Shown here piece after piece: positions 40,262-50,533 of a stretch of 64,000 nt of DNA (the stretch's first letter is position 1; each line of letters opens with the position of its first letter). This DNA comes from a bacterium (GTDB lineage Bacteria > UBA8248 > JACPRG01 > G963555815). The position numbers and the translations under genes were made by a program. The notes beneath the pieces are model-generated. The model was not told the origin of the DNA, did no database searches, and saw nothing but the letters and a program-made list of their open reading frames with translations. The stretch covers positions 1,984,001 to 2,048,000 of the forward strand of contig OZ244653.1 in NCBI GenBank assembly GCA_965218795.1, read 5' to 3'.

Positions 40262-41379
40262 AACAAAAGCTTCTTGAATGGTTGGGCGGCCCCTCCAGGA
40301 ACTTGCCTCCACCTTCTATCGGGGTGGCCGGGGCACCCGGCTCCATGGAACCCGATTTGATTGATGCGCTGAGCCATCTTCAGCAATTGGGCAGGATCGA
40401 GCTGGCGGGTCGGTGGGGCCCGAGACATGATCGCCGCGGGGAGCCGTCCGGGTCCCTCCCGATTCCTCCGGAGGCTGTATTCTCCGACCTGGAAGAGTTC
40501 CTCGCCGCGAAAATTTCGCCCTCGGGGAAAACATTCGATGCGATATTCGTCACAGGAGAATTCGATCAGCGATCTGAATGTATTCAACGGGCCCTCTTCC
40601 TCAAGTTTCACGTATTGACCGATCCGCCTTTGGCGGCAAATGCCGCGGAGGGAGCCGCCCTGATCGAATGCGCAAGCGCCGCAGGGGCTCATCTCGGCGT
40701 GCTTCACAAGGAGAGATACCGGGGAGTGTATGCCGAGCCTCTGGGAGCCGTTCGGACCGGTCTCCTGGGGGGAATTCTATTCGTCCGTCTCGAGCGTCCA
40801 CAGGAACGGGATGAACCACACATCGCCGACAGAATCAACCCGCTGACGACCCTGTACGATGACCTTTATCTGGCTCGCGCCTGCGCGAGTTCCCCGGTGA
40901 CTTCTATCCACGCCAGGGCGGAAGAACGGAGGGACCGAGGCGGACGCGTCGCGTACCATCTGGTGCAACTGCACCACGCAGGCGGAGGAAACTCTACCAT
41001 TCAGCGATTGGAAGCCGTCCGGCCACCCGATGTGGGAATCGAGGTTCACGGCACGAAAGGGAGCCTTCGCATCCGCAGGCCGGATAACGTCTGGCTTCAC
41101 TGGGAAGGGGAAGCAGGGAGGAGCGGAGCGGAAGGGACGCGCAAAGAGCCGGAGCTGGAAATCCTCAGGGGAGGTCAGACATTGGAAGCGCTCTCATCGG
41201 ATTCCAACGCCCGACCTTTCGCCCGGGCGCTCGACGACGCCTTTGCCTCCTTCCAGCGGGATCTCCCATCCCCTGTGGACGGCCGGGAAGCCTGGCACAA
41301 CCTGAAGGCGCTGGACGCGGCACAAGAATCGGTTCGAACCGGCGAGGTCGTTCGGGTGGAAATCCCCTTTCCGCGATAA
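40258..41379 (+). CDS. Divergent Gfo/Idh/MocA-like oxidoreductase
   Basis: HVLTDPPLA (EKP-like), EVHGTKGSL and AAQESVRTGEVV motifs; Rossmann motif is degenerate. Confidence 0.7.
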   Translation: MKQKLLEWLGGPSRNLPPPSIGVAGAPGSMEPDLIDALSHLQQLGRIELAGRWGPRHDRRGEPSGSLPIPPEAVFSDLEEFLAAKISPSGKTFDAIFVTGEFDQRSECIQRALFLKFHVLTDPPLAANAAEGAALIECASAAGAHLGVLHKERYRGVYAEPLGAVRTGLLGGILFVRLERPQERDEPHIADRINPLTTLYDDLYLARACASSPVTSIHARAEERRDRGGRVAYHLVQLHHAGGGNSTIQRLEAVRPPDVGIEVHGTKGSLRIRRPDNVWLHWEGEAGRSGAEGTRKEPELEILRGGQTLEALSSDSNARPFARALDDAFASFQRDLPSPVDGREAWHNLKALDAAQESVRTGEVVRVEIPFPR

Positions 41380-41390
41380 CCCGTCTTCAG

Positions 41391-41750
41391 TCACCCGGAA
41401 CTTCCTTCGATCTGCGTATAAAACAACAGAAGATCGCTCTCACCCGCGGAGAAATCGTGGGGGGTTCCGGCGGGCAGATGCAAAAACATACCAGGGACCA
41501 CTGTTCGGGCCTCGCCGGAAACAGTCAGGGAACCATCTCCGCCCATCACATGGACCATGACGTCCAAATCCGTATGCGTTATCTCCTTCGAGGGTCCGGG
41601 CTCGCTTCCCGTCTCTCCCTGACGGCGGAATTGAACGACACCGGCCCGGTATCCCGGACGGTCCACCAGAACCCGGTGATCGATATCACCGCCCGTCCGC
41701 TCCAAACGCCCCGCTTCATCCTGGAGATGAAAGATCTCCACCGTTTTCAT
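41391..41750 (-). CDS. Cupin domain protein
   Basis: HTDLDVMVHVMGGDG and PGMFLHLPAGTPHDF motifs. Confidence 0.8.
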   Translation of the reverse strand: MKTVEIFHLQDEAGRLERTGGDIDHRVLVDRPGYRAGVVQFRRQGETGSEPGPSKEITHTDLDVMVHVMGGDGSLTVSGEARTVVPGMFLHLPAGTPHDFSAGESDLLLFYTQIEGSSG

Positions 41751-41775
41751 ATCCTTCATCGGAGGGAAAGGTTTT

Positions 41776-42600
41776 TCAGGCTTGCGAGGAGATCCGCTCC
41801 GCTTTTCGCACCAGGTCTCGCACACGGTCGAGGCTGACGGGCCGGCCGAGGGTGCCCGCCTCCTTCACGGAGGAACCGACGATGGCGCCATCCCCGACCG
41901 TGAGCATGCGGTCCACGTTTTCAACGTCGACGCCGCTGCCCAGAAAAACGGGCGTCTCTGGAATCGCGCCGGTCACCTGCCGAACGACCTCCAAATCGGC
42001 GGGCTTTCCGGCTCCGATGCCGGACACAACAACCACATCGGAAAGGCCGCGCCCCGCCAAATCCCGCGCGTCGCGCTCCAGATTCGGCGGGGCGAAGGCC
42101 GCCGCGTGTTTGACTTGAAAATCGGCAAAGATTTTGATGTCCGTTCCAAGGAGCTTCCGAAGCCGAAGCGTCTCGTGGGCGGCGCCCTGAATGATCCCCT
42201 GATCCGTGATCATGGTGCCCGCGTGAACGCCCACCCGAATGAAGGTACATTTCGTGGCGGCGGCGATGGAGACGGCGGCGGCCGAATCATTTCGGAGGAC
42301 GCTCACCCCGCAGGGCAGACGTACGGCCTCCCGCACGGCGCCCACGGCCCGGGTCATACAGGCGGTGGTGACGGGCTCCACAGGACCCGGAACAAAGGGC
42401 ATATCTCCGAAGTTTTCAACGATGACCCCGTGGGCTCCGCCTTCCTCTGCGGCTCGGGCATCGGCCACCGCTCGCCCCAGCATGCCTTCCAGCCCTGCTT
42501 CTTCATCGTGCCCAAGCGTCCCCGGCAAGGCGATGAGATGGACCATGACGATGACCGGACGGGGAACGTCAAAAAGGGCCTCGGGCAGCAAAGTCATCAC
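41776..42600 (-). CDS. BtpA/SgcQ family TIM-barrel protein
   Basis: MVHL, ENFGDMPF, VLRND, VKHA, GSGV and GAIVGS motifs. Confidence 0.92.
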   Translation of the reverse strand: MMTLLPEALFDVPRPVIVMVHLIALPGTLGHDEEAGLEGMLGRAVADARAAEEGGAHGVIVENFGDMPFVPGPVEPVTTACMTRAVGAVREAVRLPCGVSVLRNDSAAAVSIAAATKCTFIRVGVHAGTMITDQGIIQGAAHETLRLRKLLGTDIKIFADFQVKHAAAFAPPNLERDARDLAGRGLSDVVVVSGIGAGKPADLEVVRQVTGAIPETPVFLGSGVDVENVDRMLTVGDGAIVGSSVKEAGTLGRPVSLDRVRDLVRKAERISSQA

Positions 42601-42881
42601 TCCATCCAGAAGGTCATGCCTCCCAGCCGGTTGGCAAAAAAATGGTCAGGCTCCATGAACTCTCGATTGAATCGGGCCACTGCCTTTGCAGGGTCCATGG
42701 TGATCGTTCTCGCGGGTTTCCGTGCGAACGCTTTTCAGAGGACCAAGTCGCCATTACGGCCCAGAGCGGCCAAGTGGGGTTTTTCATCATGGCGATCCAG
42801 GCGCGTCTTGCGGGCGACCCCAAACGGTGAGCCAAGGGTTGTATTCGATGAACCATTGTATCCCTGGTGTATAACTAGGCA

Positions 42882-43421
42882 TCATTTCTGATCATCGTTT
42901 GACGCAGGGTCCACGACTCGGATCGCGCCCAGCTCCCGATATTGCTCGGCACAATCCAATCCATATCCCACCACCCACTGCGGAGGAATCGTGAACCCAA
43001 CGTAGTCCACTTCAAAAGGAACCTCGCGCATTTCAACCTTGTCCAGAAAAACAGCAAACTTTAGAGATGAGGGATTCTGCGCCAGAAGGACCTCACGGAT
43101 TTTGGCCAACGTACAGCCTGTATCGATAATGTCGTCCACGACCAATACGTGGCGGTTTCCGACCTCCCCCATCCCCTGGGTCAGCAACTCGACATTTCCC
43201 TCCGAAACGGTCTTTTCCCGATAGCTGGATGCAATCAGGCAACCCAACGTTACCCTTCGGTTCAGCGCCCGAATGAGATCCGCCGTGAAAAACAGCGACC
43301 CTTTCATCACGGTGATCATATGGAGGTCATTCTCACCATAATCCGTTCGAATCCGCTCTGCCATCTCCTGAACGCGCCGCGCAATTTCCTCTTGAGTGAA
43401 CAGGATCTCCTCCAGCTTCAC
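42882..43421 (-). CDS. hpt: Hypoxanthine phosphoribosyltransferase
   Basis: MKGS, SSY, VVDDIIDTG and VVGYGLD motifs. Confidence 0.95.
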   Translation of the reverse strand: MKLEEILFTQEEIARRVQEMAERIRTDYGENDLHMITVMKGSLFFTADLIRALNRRVTLGCLIASSYREKTVSEGNVELLTQGMGEVGNRHVLVVDDIIDTGCTLAKIREVLLAQNPSSLKFAVFLDKVEMREVPFEVDYVGFTIPPQWVVGYGLDCAEQYRELGAIRVVDPASNDDQK

Positions 43422-43824
43422 TGGTCCTGCCTCCGAAACCGGTCACTCATCGGTATTCGTTCCAATCTGCCATCCCCTTGGGTGTCAAGGTTCACCTGAC
43501 CCGCCTCTCTTATCCAAGAATGTAATTCTGAATCAAGCAGACTTCAAAGCTCAGGGAAGGCTTGGAAAATCAAATACATCGCGCGACCGGTTCGGCCCAA
43601 AACGTCTTCTCCTCATCACCCGGATGGGGAGGGGTTCGATGGTGCCGGGGCGCGTTCGGGGGTCTCATCTAGGCTGGACTCCAGACCTGGAGTGGCGGTG
43701 CTTCAAACCTTCTCCGCTCACGTGCCAAATAGACTCCAGAATCCATTGAGAAGGCGTCTGAGAAGACTTCGGCGGGCTTCCCTCTCCTCTCCACCGGAAA
43801 TATTCTTATGGGGGCCATTTTCCG

Positions 43825-44124
43825 TCATGAAGATTTCTTCCCCTTCACCTTGGCGATTTCCCGATCTCTCTTCGATGCCCAGCTCTCTTTCTCCTTCCGA
43901 AACTCTTCCCCCAAACTTTCAAGGACCGCTTCGGCGAGTTCAGGGTCAGCGGCGTCAATCCCTCTGATCTTCTGTTCGAGCATGATTTCGGCCTCAGCCA
44001 CTTTGGCCTGAAATTCCGCCTCGATGCCGGAAATCCGCTTTTTTTGGCTTTCCGTAAGTTCGGAGTCCTCTTGGGAAACCATTTTGGCCGTCTTTTCCAT
44101 GGCCAATTCGAGGGCACTCTTCAT
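43825..44124 (-). CDS. Conserved coiled-coil hypothetical protein (MKSALELAMEK)
   Basis: Strong RBS AGGAGG; charged helical sequence. Confidence 0.75.
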   Translation of the reverse strand: MKSALELAMEKTAKMVSQEDSELTESQKKRISGIEAEFQAKVAEAEIMLEQKIRGIDAADPELAEAVLESLGEEFRKEKESWASKRDREIAKVKGKKSS

Positions 44125-44372
44125 TTGTGTACCTCCTATTTCCCATCCCCTGAGTCCGATGAAGGCATTCCACCACAACCCGGAAGCCAAGGTCAACACG
44201 CAGTCCACGGCACGGACATGACCCGTGTTCCTGCCTGATCGCAGCGTTCGAAATATCGGCCGACGCCTGCCGGCCTGAAATGACCGGAAATGTGATACTC
44301 ATCGGCAAATTTGACTGAGACCGCGAAATCCATTAGATAATTAGGATTCAGGAATGTCCGCCTTCTCACCGG

Positions 44373-45311
44373 ATGGCGGAATCGACGCTTCTCAAAAATC
44401 TGGAAGGCCGTTTACCCGTGGGCGTAGATGCGAAAGTCGTAGAAGATTTTGTGGCTTACACGCGGGACAAAAAGGGCCAGAACCCGGTCGAGCACCAGTT
44501 CAAAAAGGGCGATACGGTCAACCTGAGTCAGATTTGGGAAGGCGAATTATGCCTGATCAAGAACCCCGAGGGAAAGGTCTTCAATATCAAGAAGGCGTTC
44601 CTGGAAAAGGAGGTCTTCGAAAAAAAAACGGGAGACGACAAGGGGAAAACGCGGCGCAAGCGCTCTGGAGACATTCCCGATTTCGCCGATCTCTCCGTCA
44701 TGCGTCCGGACTTGGAATTGGAACGAGGCCTGGCGCCCTCCCTGGCAAAATCTGTAGAGCTCACTTTGCTGGAGAACACGCGCAGGTTCCTTCGGAGCAA
44801 GACCGGAGGAGGCGTCACCGTCATCATTCTGATTCTTGCCATGTATATGGGTTGGACCAACTTTCAAAAATCCCGAAACGACACCCCTTCAGGCATTCTG
44901 GCACTGGCGGTCCTCGAAAGAGGCAGTTTGATCAAACCGGGCCATTTCCAGCCCAGCTTTCATCGAATCACCCTGGACTATGACAGCACAAGGGCGGAGG
45001 CCAGGGTACATGACTCCGTCTGGGGGAAGCGGACCCTGACCCTGAAGCTACCCGGGGAAAAATCCGGCATTCTGGCGAGCGATCAGGAAGACCGATGGCT
45101 CAACAATTCGCAATTCCACGGGGTCTATTTCGACGAATTCGTTGACTTTGGCAGCGACGGCCAGGTTGACGAGGTCCGAAAGGTATTGGAGTTCCGGTCG
45201 GGAACGAACATCCTCGTGGGCGCATACCGGAAAACAGTTTATTCGGATGCTGCCTATGAGGAGCGTTACAAAGAGTCCGTTCGGCAAATTGTCCAATCCT
45301 TGGCGAAGTGA
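44373..45311 (+). CDS. Hypothetical single-pass membrane protein
   Basis: 312-aa ORF with one central TM segment (VTVIILILAMYMGW). Confidence 0.75.
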   Translation: MAESTLLKNLEGRLPVGVDAKVVEDFVAYTRDKKGQNPVEHQFKKGDTVNLSQIWEGELCLIKNPEGKVFNIKKAFLEKEVFEKKTGDDKGKTRRKRSGDIPDFADLSVMRPDLELERGLAPSLAKSVELTLLENTRRFLRSKTGGGVTVIILILAMYMGWTNFQKSRNDTPSGILALAVLERGSLIKPGHFQPSFHRITLDYDSTRAEARVHDSVWGKRTLTLKLPGEKSGILASDQEDRWLNNSQFHGVYFDEFVDFGSDGQVDEVRKVLEFRSGTNILVGAYRKTVYSDAAYEERYKESVRQIVQSLAK

Positions 45312-45570
45312 GCTCCGGTGAAATTCAGCGAAATATCCGGCCCAGCTCACGATATTTTTTCACCCGGATCGCCGCGGTTGTCCTACCCCTCTTCCATTCG
45401 GATCCTGAACGCGCCGATGGGCGCATAAACCCTTTTATTGTTCGCCGGAAATCAAACCGTCCCATTCACCGCGAAATCGAATCGTTTGATTTCTTCGTAG
45501 CGGGGGACGGGCATGAGCTCTCTGATTTTCGGTACGGGAGTGGTCATCCTCCAGTTCCGGGTGAACCCTA

Positions 45571-46830
45571 TTGTCGGAGCCACAAAAAACACATCACGAT
45601 AAGGAAACCGGGGGCGAACCGAGTCGACCGCGGGCCGAGAAGATCCGGATCTTGGCCACGCTGACATTCGGGCACGCAAACATCCATTGGTTTGTCGGAT
45701 TGATGGGTCCTATCCTGCCGCTTATCGCGCGAGACCTGAATCTGACCTTCACACAAGTCGGATTGCTCCTGGCGCTCCGCTCACTCGGCGCATCATTTGG
45801 AGGAGCCGCCGCAGGCGTGTTTACGGACGTCATAGGCAGGCGCAAACCCCTGCTCGTCGTCAACCTATTCTTGATGGGCGTCGGGTTCGCCTGGATGGGT
45901 TACGCAAACAGCCTGGCCGTCCTCCTGCTCCCGTTTCTTCTGACAGGCTTTCTCAATTCCGGGTGGCACCCTCCCGCCATGTCCGCCATCTCGATCACCT
46001 ACCCGGACCAGCGAGGCTTCGCCCTCGGACTGCACGGGAGCGGAGCCAGCCTCCTGCAGTCTTTGGCCCCTTTGACCATCGGTTACGCCCTGACCTTTAT
46101 CAGTTGGCGCACTGTTTTGAAGGTTCATTTCTTTCCCGGCCTGATCTCCGCTGGATTGCTCTTGTTCCTGCTCCCACCGCTTGTCGCTTCGGTCAGCGGC
46201 AGTGTTCGCAGGTATTCGTCCCGCATCGCCTTGAGTTTCAAGGAAAATCCGGCCATTCTCGGGGTGGCTGCGCTCTCCTGTCTCCGGACGATGAGTTATC
46301 GCACCCTCGACAGCTTTCTCCCTCTGTATCTCGCGTTTCACTTCGGGATGAGCCCCCGCTGGGTCGGGTTTTATATCTTCCTGTTGATCTTCTCGGGCAC
46401 CCTCCCGGAGACCGTTTCCGGCTTCATCTCGGACCGTGTCGGACGGAGGGGGATTCTCATCACCGGTCTGTTGATTTCGACGGCCTGCCTGATCCTGATC
46501 CCCTTCCTGCCGGCCGGGGCGCCGCTCGGGATAACAATCTGTGTCCTCGGATTCAGCCTGATCTCCCTGCGCTCTATCATCATGGCGTTCGGTCTCGATC
46601 TGACCCCTCCGGACCTGGGCGGTACAACCATCGGCTTCATCTTCAGCTTTAACCAGATATTCACGGGGATGGGACCGCTCTTCGCCGGCATCCTGTCCGA
46701 TCGCCTGGGACTCTCGGCAGCCTTCTATTTCATGGCCGCCACGACGCTCGCCGCCGCCGTTTCTGTTCGCTTGCTGATTCATCCCAAGAAAACACCGTCC
46801 GAGCTGGCAGCATCCACAGAGAGCGTTTGA
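45571..46830 (+). CDS. MFS transporter (Fsr-like)
   Basis: About 12 TM segments; DVIGRR, WHPPAM and SDRVGRR motifs. Confidence 0.92.
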   Translation: MSEPQKTHHDKETGGEPSRPRAEKIRILATLTFGHANIHWFVGLMGPILPLIARDLNLTFTQVGLLLALRSLGASFGGAAAGVFTDVIGRRKPLLVVNLFLMGVGFAWMGYANSLAVLLLPFLLTGFLNSGWHPPAMSAISITYPDQRGFALGLHGSGASLLQSLAPLTIGYALTFISWRTVLKVHFFPGLISAGLLLFLLPPLVASVSGSVRRYSSRIALSFKENPAILGVAALSCLRTMSYRTLDSFLPLYLAFHFGMSPRWVGFYIFLLIFSGTLPETVSGFISDRVGRRGILITGLLISTACLILIPFLPAGAPLGITICVLGFSLISLRSIIMAFGLDLTPPDLGGTTIGFIFSFNQIFTGMGPLFAGILSDRLGLSAAFYFMAATTLAAAVSVRLLIHPKKTPSELAASTESV

Positions 46831-46943
46831 CTTTTTTCGGAGATGGGCGGAGGCCAACCCGCGCCTGATTTCGTTTATACTGTACCTCCCTCAATCAAAG
46901 CGTACTTCTACAAGCAACGGAACTTCTGTCGCAAGGAGAGGAC

Positions 46944-48347
46944 GTGGCCGACAAACAGCCGGACCTGCTCAATGAATCGCTGACCGTCATCAACTTGGGG
47001 CTGAAAGATTTTGCCGATTCGCTCCGAGAGCAAGGCGCCGACGTGACTTCGGTCGATTGGTCGCCTCCCGCGGGCGGCGATTCCGAACTCGGGGCCTTGG
47101 TGGACAATCTGGGCGGCTGTGACGGACCGAATGACCAGGCCGTGGAAGCCATGATGAGCGCCCGGCCCGTCTGGGAGGACGTGGGAACCGCCCGCGAAGC
47201 CATCACGGATATGGACGACGACACAATTCTCCACGCCGGGCCTCCCGTAACATGGGAAAACATGTGCGGGCCCATGCGCGGAGCCATCATCGGGGCACTC
47301 CTCTATGAAAGACGCGCGCGAACTGAGAAAGGCGCGGAACGCCTGGCCCGTTCCGGGAAAATCCGGTTCGATTCATGCCACCACCACGGGGCCGTCGGGC
47401 CGATGGCGGGCATCATCTCCCCCAGCATGCCGGTCTTCATTCTCCGGAACGCTGATCGAGGTAATCGGTCGTTCGCAACGCTCAACGAAGGCTTGGGGAA
47501 GGTCTTGCGCTACGGCGCCTATGACCGGGAAGTCATCGACCGTCTTCGGTGGATGGAAAGAGAGCTGGCCCCGGCCATGAAGGCCGCCGTGCTCGACGCC
47601 GAAGGGGTCGACATCAAGACCATCATGGCGAAGGCCCTTCACATGGGGGATGAATGTCACAACCGCAATGTAGCCGCCACGGCCACGTTGATTCGGACCT
47701 TGGCGCCTCACCTGGCCAAGGCTGTCAAGCGTCGCGCGACGATGGAGCGGGTCGCGGGCTTCATCGCAGGAAACGATCATTTCTTCTTGAATCTTGGGAT
47801 GCCGGCTTGTAAGGCGTCGGCGGATGCGGCCCACGGCGTCAAAGGGGCATCCATCGTCACGGCCATGGCGAGGAACGGCACGGAAATCGGTATCCGCGTC
47901 AGCGGGCTGAAAGACCGGTGGTTCACCGCGCCCGCCGGGAAAGTGGAAGGCCTTTACTTTCCGGGCTATGGCCCGGAGGATGCGAACCCCGATATCGGGG
48001 ACAGCACCATCACCGAGACGGCCGGGGTGGGCGGATTTGCCATGGGAACGGCCCCGGCCATCGTTCAATTCGTCGGCGGAACGGTGGACCGCGCGCTGGC
48101 CATGACAAGAGAGATGCTCGAGATCACCTCGGCGCAAAATCCCGCGTTGACGCTCCCTTGCCTCAATTTCGCCGGGACGCCGACCGGCATTGACGTGCGC
48201 AAAGTCATTGAAACCGGGATTACACCGGCCATCAATACAGGGATCGCCCACCGGCTCCCGGGCGTAGGACAAATCGGCGCGGGCCTGTTGCGGGCTCCGA
48301 TGGGCCCATTCGTGGAAGCGATCAAGGCGTTGGCCGAAGAGGGCTGA
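46944..48347 (+). CDS. DUF1116 protein (YlbE/YahG, oxamate carbamoyltransferase subunit-like)
   Basis: ILHAGPP, NEGLGKVLRYG, MGDECHNRN and DIGDSTITE motifs; N-terminal DWSPPAGGD segment. Confidence 0.9.
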   Translation: MADKQPDLLNESLTVINLGLKDFADSLREQGADVTSVDWSPPAGGDSELGALVDNLGGCDGPNDQAVEAMMSARPVWEDVGTAREAITDMDDDTILHAGPPVTWENMCGPMRGAIIGALLYERRARTEKGAERLARSGKIRFDSCHHHGAVGPMAGIISPSMPVFILRNADRGNRSFATLNEGLGKVLRYGAYDREVIDRLRWMERELAPAMKAAVLDAEGVDIKTIMAKALHMGDECHNRNVAATATLIRTLAPHLAKAVKRRATMERVAGFIAGNDHFFLNLGMPACKASADAAHGVKGASIVTAMARNGTEIGIRVSGLKDRWFTAPAGKVEGLYFPGYGPEDANPDIGDSTITETAGVGGFAMGTAPAIVQFVGGTVDRALAMTREMLEITSAQNPALTLPCLNFAGTPTGIDVRKVIETGITPAINTGIAHRLPGVGQIGAGLLRAPMGPFVEAIKALAEEG

Positions 48348-48371
48348 GCCCTGCTTCGGGGGAAATTCGTC

Positions 48372-49325
48372 GTGGCGGAAGTGGAGCGCAGAGTGGCCGT
48401 CGTGGCTTTTGGCGGAAATGCCGTCGACCCCAGCGGGAAGAGTTCCGCACAGGAGATGCGGGGTCATGTGCGGGACGCCTGCAAATCCGTTCTGACCCTT
48501 CTCGACGAAGGGTACCGGGTCGTCCTGACCCACGGGAACGGACCGCAGATCGGTCGGCTCCTCATTCGGATGGACAAGACCAAGAAGATTTTCCCGCCCA
48601 TGCCCATGGACATCTGCGTAGCCGACACCCAGGCGGCCATCGGATACATGATCCAACAAAGCCTTTTGAATCTGACCCGCGAGGTGGGCCGGGACCATTC
48701 CATCGCCACAATTGTCACCCAGGTGGAAGTGGACCCCAACGACCCCGCTTTCGACAACCCGACGAAACCCATCGGCCCGTTCTACGAAGAGAAAGAGGCG
48801 AAATCCATCGGTGGCGAGCATGGGTGGCGGCTCGTTCCGGATGCCAATCGCGGGTATCGCCGCGTCGTACCCTCCCCTCATCCGAAAAAAATTGTAGAGC
48901 TGGCGGCCATACGGAAGCTTGTCTCCGAAGGCGTGATTGTGATCACTGTGGGAGGAGGCGGGATACCGGTGGTCAAGAAAGAAGAGGGATACGTAGGAAT
49001 CGACGCGGTGATCGACAAGGATTTCGCCAGCGCCCTCCTTGCAGCCGACCTGAACGCCCATACGTTCATCGTCCTGACCGGAGTCGATCAGGTGGCCATT
49101 GATTTTGGAAAGCCGACGGAACGACCACTGGATCGACTCACCACGAAAGAGGCGAAGGCCTATTTGGAAGAGGGGCAGTTTCCCGCGGGAAGCATGGGTC
49201 CGAAGATTGAAGCCGCCTTGAAGTTTCTTGAAGGGCGCAGAGATGGAGAAGTCCTGATTACTTCCCTGGAAGCTCTCCCTCGGGCCATCCGGAGAAAGAC
49301 CGGAACCCGTATCCTCTCCGATTGA
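48372..49325 (+). CDS. arcC: Carbamate kinase
   Basis: GGNA, THGNGPQ, PTKPIG, AVIDKD and GSMGPK motifs. Confidence 0.95.
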   Translation: MAEVERRVAVVAFGGNAVDPSGKSSAQEMRGHVRDACKSVLTLLDEGYRVVLTHGNGPQIGRLLIRMDKTKKIFPPMPMDICVADTQAAIGYMIQQSLLNLTREVGRDHSIATIVTQVEVDPNDPAFDNPTKPIGPFYEEKEAKSIGGEHGWRLVPDANRGYRRVVPSPHPKKIVELAAIRKLVSEGVIVITVGGGGIPVVKKEEGYVGIDAVIDKDFASALLAADLNAHTFIVLTGVDQVAIDFGKPTERPLDRLTTKEAKAYLEEGQFPAGSMGPKIEAALKFLEGRRDGEVLITSLEALPRAIRRKTGTRILSD

Positions 49326-49373
49326 AGCTTATCCGCCGCATCAATCCATGAAGCCCTTGGAGGCCTCTGATCC

Positions 49374-50366
49374 TTGAAGCTTGCGACTTTTGAAATTCCC
49401 ACGGAAGCGGGAGCCGTTCGCCGGGTTGGGGCTCTTGACGATGAGCATTTGATCGACCTTCGGGCGGCCTATTCTCTTTGCGTAATGGAGACGGAGGAGG
49501 TCGAGGACCCCGAACCTCTCGCCTCTGCCCTGTTTCCAAGCGACATGGTCGCCTTCTTGCGAAATGGGCGTGCTGGGAAAAAGGCCCTGGAAGCCGCTTT
49601 GACGTTTCTGGATTCGCGGGAACCTGACACACGGGGGTTCCGGAACGAGCGAATTCGATATGAGACGGAGGAGATCCGCCTGCTGGCTCCGGTCCCGAAG
49701 CCTGAATCCATCAGGGATTTCCTGACCTTTGAAGGGCATCTGAGGGGTACGGCTCGCACCCTGGGCCTAGTCGATTCCATCCCGAAGCTATGGTACGAGA
49801 TCCCCTCCTACTACCGCGGGAACGTGGACAACGTGATCGGCCCCGATGAATCCGTGCGATGGCCTTCTTATACTGAAAAACTGGATTACGAGCTCGAGTT
49901 CGGCGTATTCATCGGACGACAGGGCAGAGACATATCCCGGGAGCGGGCCTCCGAGTACATCGCCGGATATACAATCTTCAATGACTGGAGCGCCAGAGAC
50001 GTTCAGGGAGACATCATGTCCCTGCGGATGGGGCCGGCCAAGTCGAAGGATTTCGATGCGGGGAACTCGATGGGACCGTTTCTCGTGACGCCTGACGAAA
50101 TTGATCCGGAGAACCTGACGATGGTCGTCCGGGTGAATGGCGAGGAGAGATGTCGCGCGAATTCAGGCGGCATGCAGTTCAAGTTCCCCGACCTGATCGC
50201 GGATGTTTCCAGAAGCGAGACCCTCCTGCCGGGTGATTTTCTGGCTTCCGGAACGGCTCCCGGGGGCTGCGGACTGGAGCTTGATCAATGGATTCAGCCG
50301 GGAGACGTCGTGGAGCTGGAGGTGGAAGGCATCGGGATTCTTCGAACTCCGGTGGCCAAAACATGA
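49374..50366 (+). CDS. Fumarylacetoacetate hydrolase family protein
   Basis: RDFLTFEGH, LDYELE, NDWSARD, KSKDF and SGT motifs. Confidence 0.92.
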   Translation: MKLATFEIPTEAGAVRRVGALDDEHLIDLRAAYSLCVMETEEVEDPEPLASALFPSDMVAFLRNGRAGKKALEAALTFLDSREPDTRGFRNERIRYETEEIRLLAPVPKPESIRDFLTFEGHLRGTARTLGLVDSIPKLWYEIPSYYRGNVDNVIGPDESVRWPSYTEKLDYELEFGVFIGRQGRDISRERASEYIAGYTIFNDWSARDVQGDIMSLRMGPAKSKDFDAGNSMGPFLVTPDEIDPENLTMVVRVNGEERCRANSGGMQFKFPDLIADVSRSETLLPGDFLASGTAPGGCGLELDQWIQPGDVVELEVEGIGILRTPVAKT

Positions 50367-50533
50367 ACGCCTGACACTCGCCGGGCAATCTGCATCGCCG
50401 AAAGAGGGACCTTCCCGCCCGGCCAAGCGCGGCCGATGCCCCACCAGCCTGTTTCTATCCGACTGGAATGGGCCGGATCGCTCTATATAATAAGTCGATT
50501 GTTCGTTGCCATCGCTCGGAAGGACCGATCCTG

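Noticed and set aside
42598-42880. Minus-strand frame between hpt and the BtpA gene with an in-frame TGA at 42735-42737 (possible selenocysteine)
   Set aside because: No start codon or RBS, no redox motif and no recognisable SECIS.
43620-43760. tRNA-like stretch (GGTTCGA, CTTCAAA)
   Set aside because: No cloverleaf could be formed.
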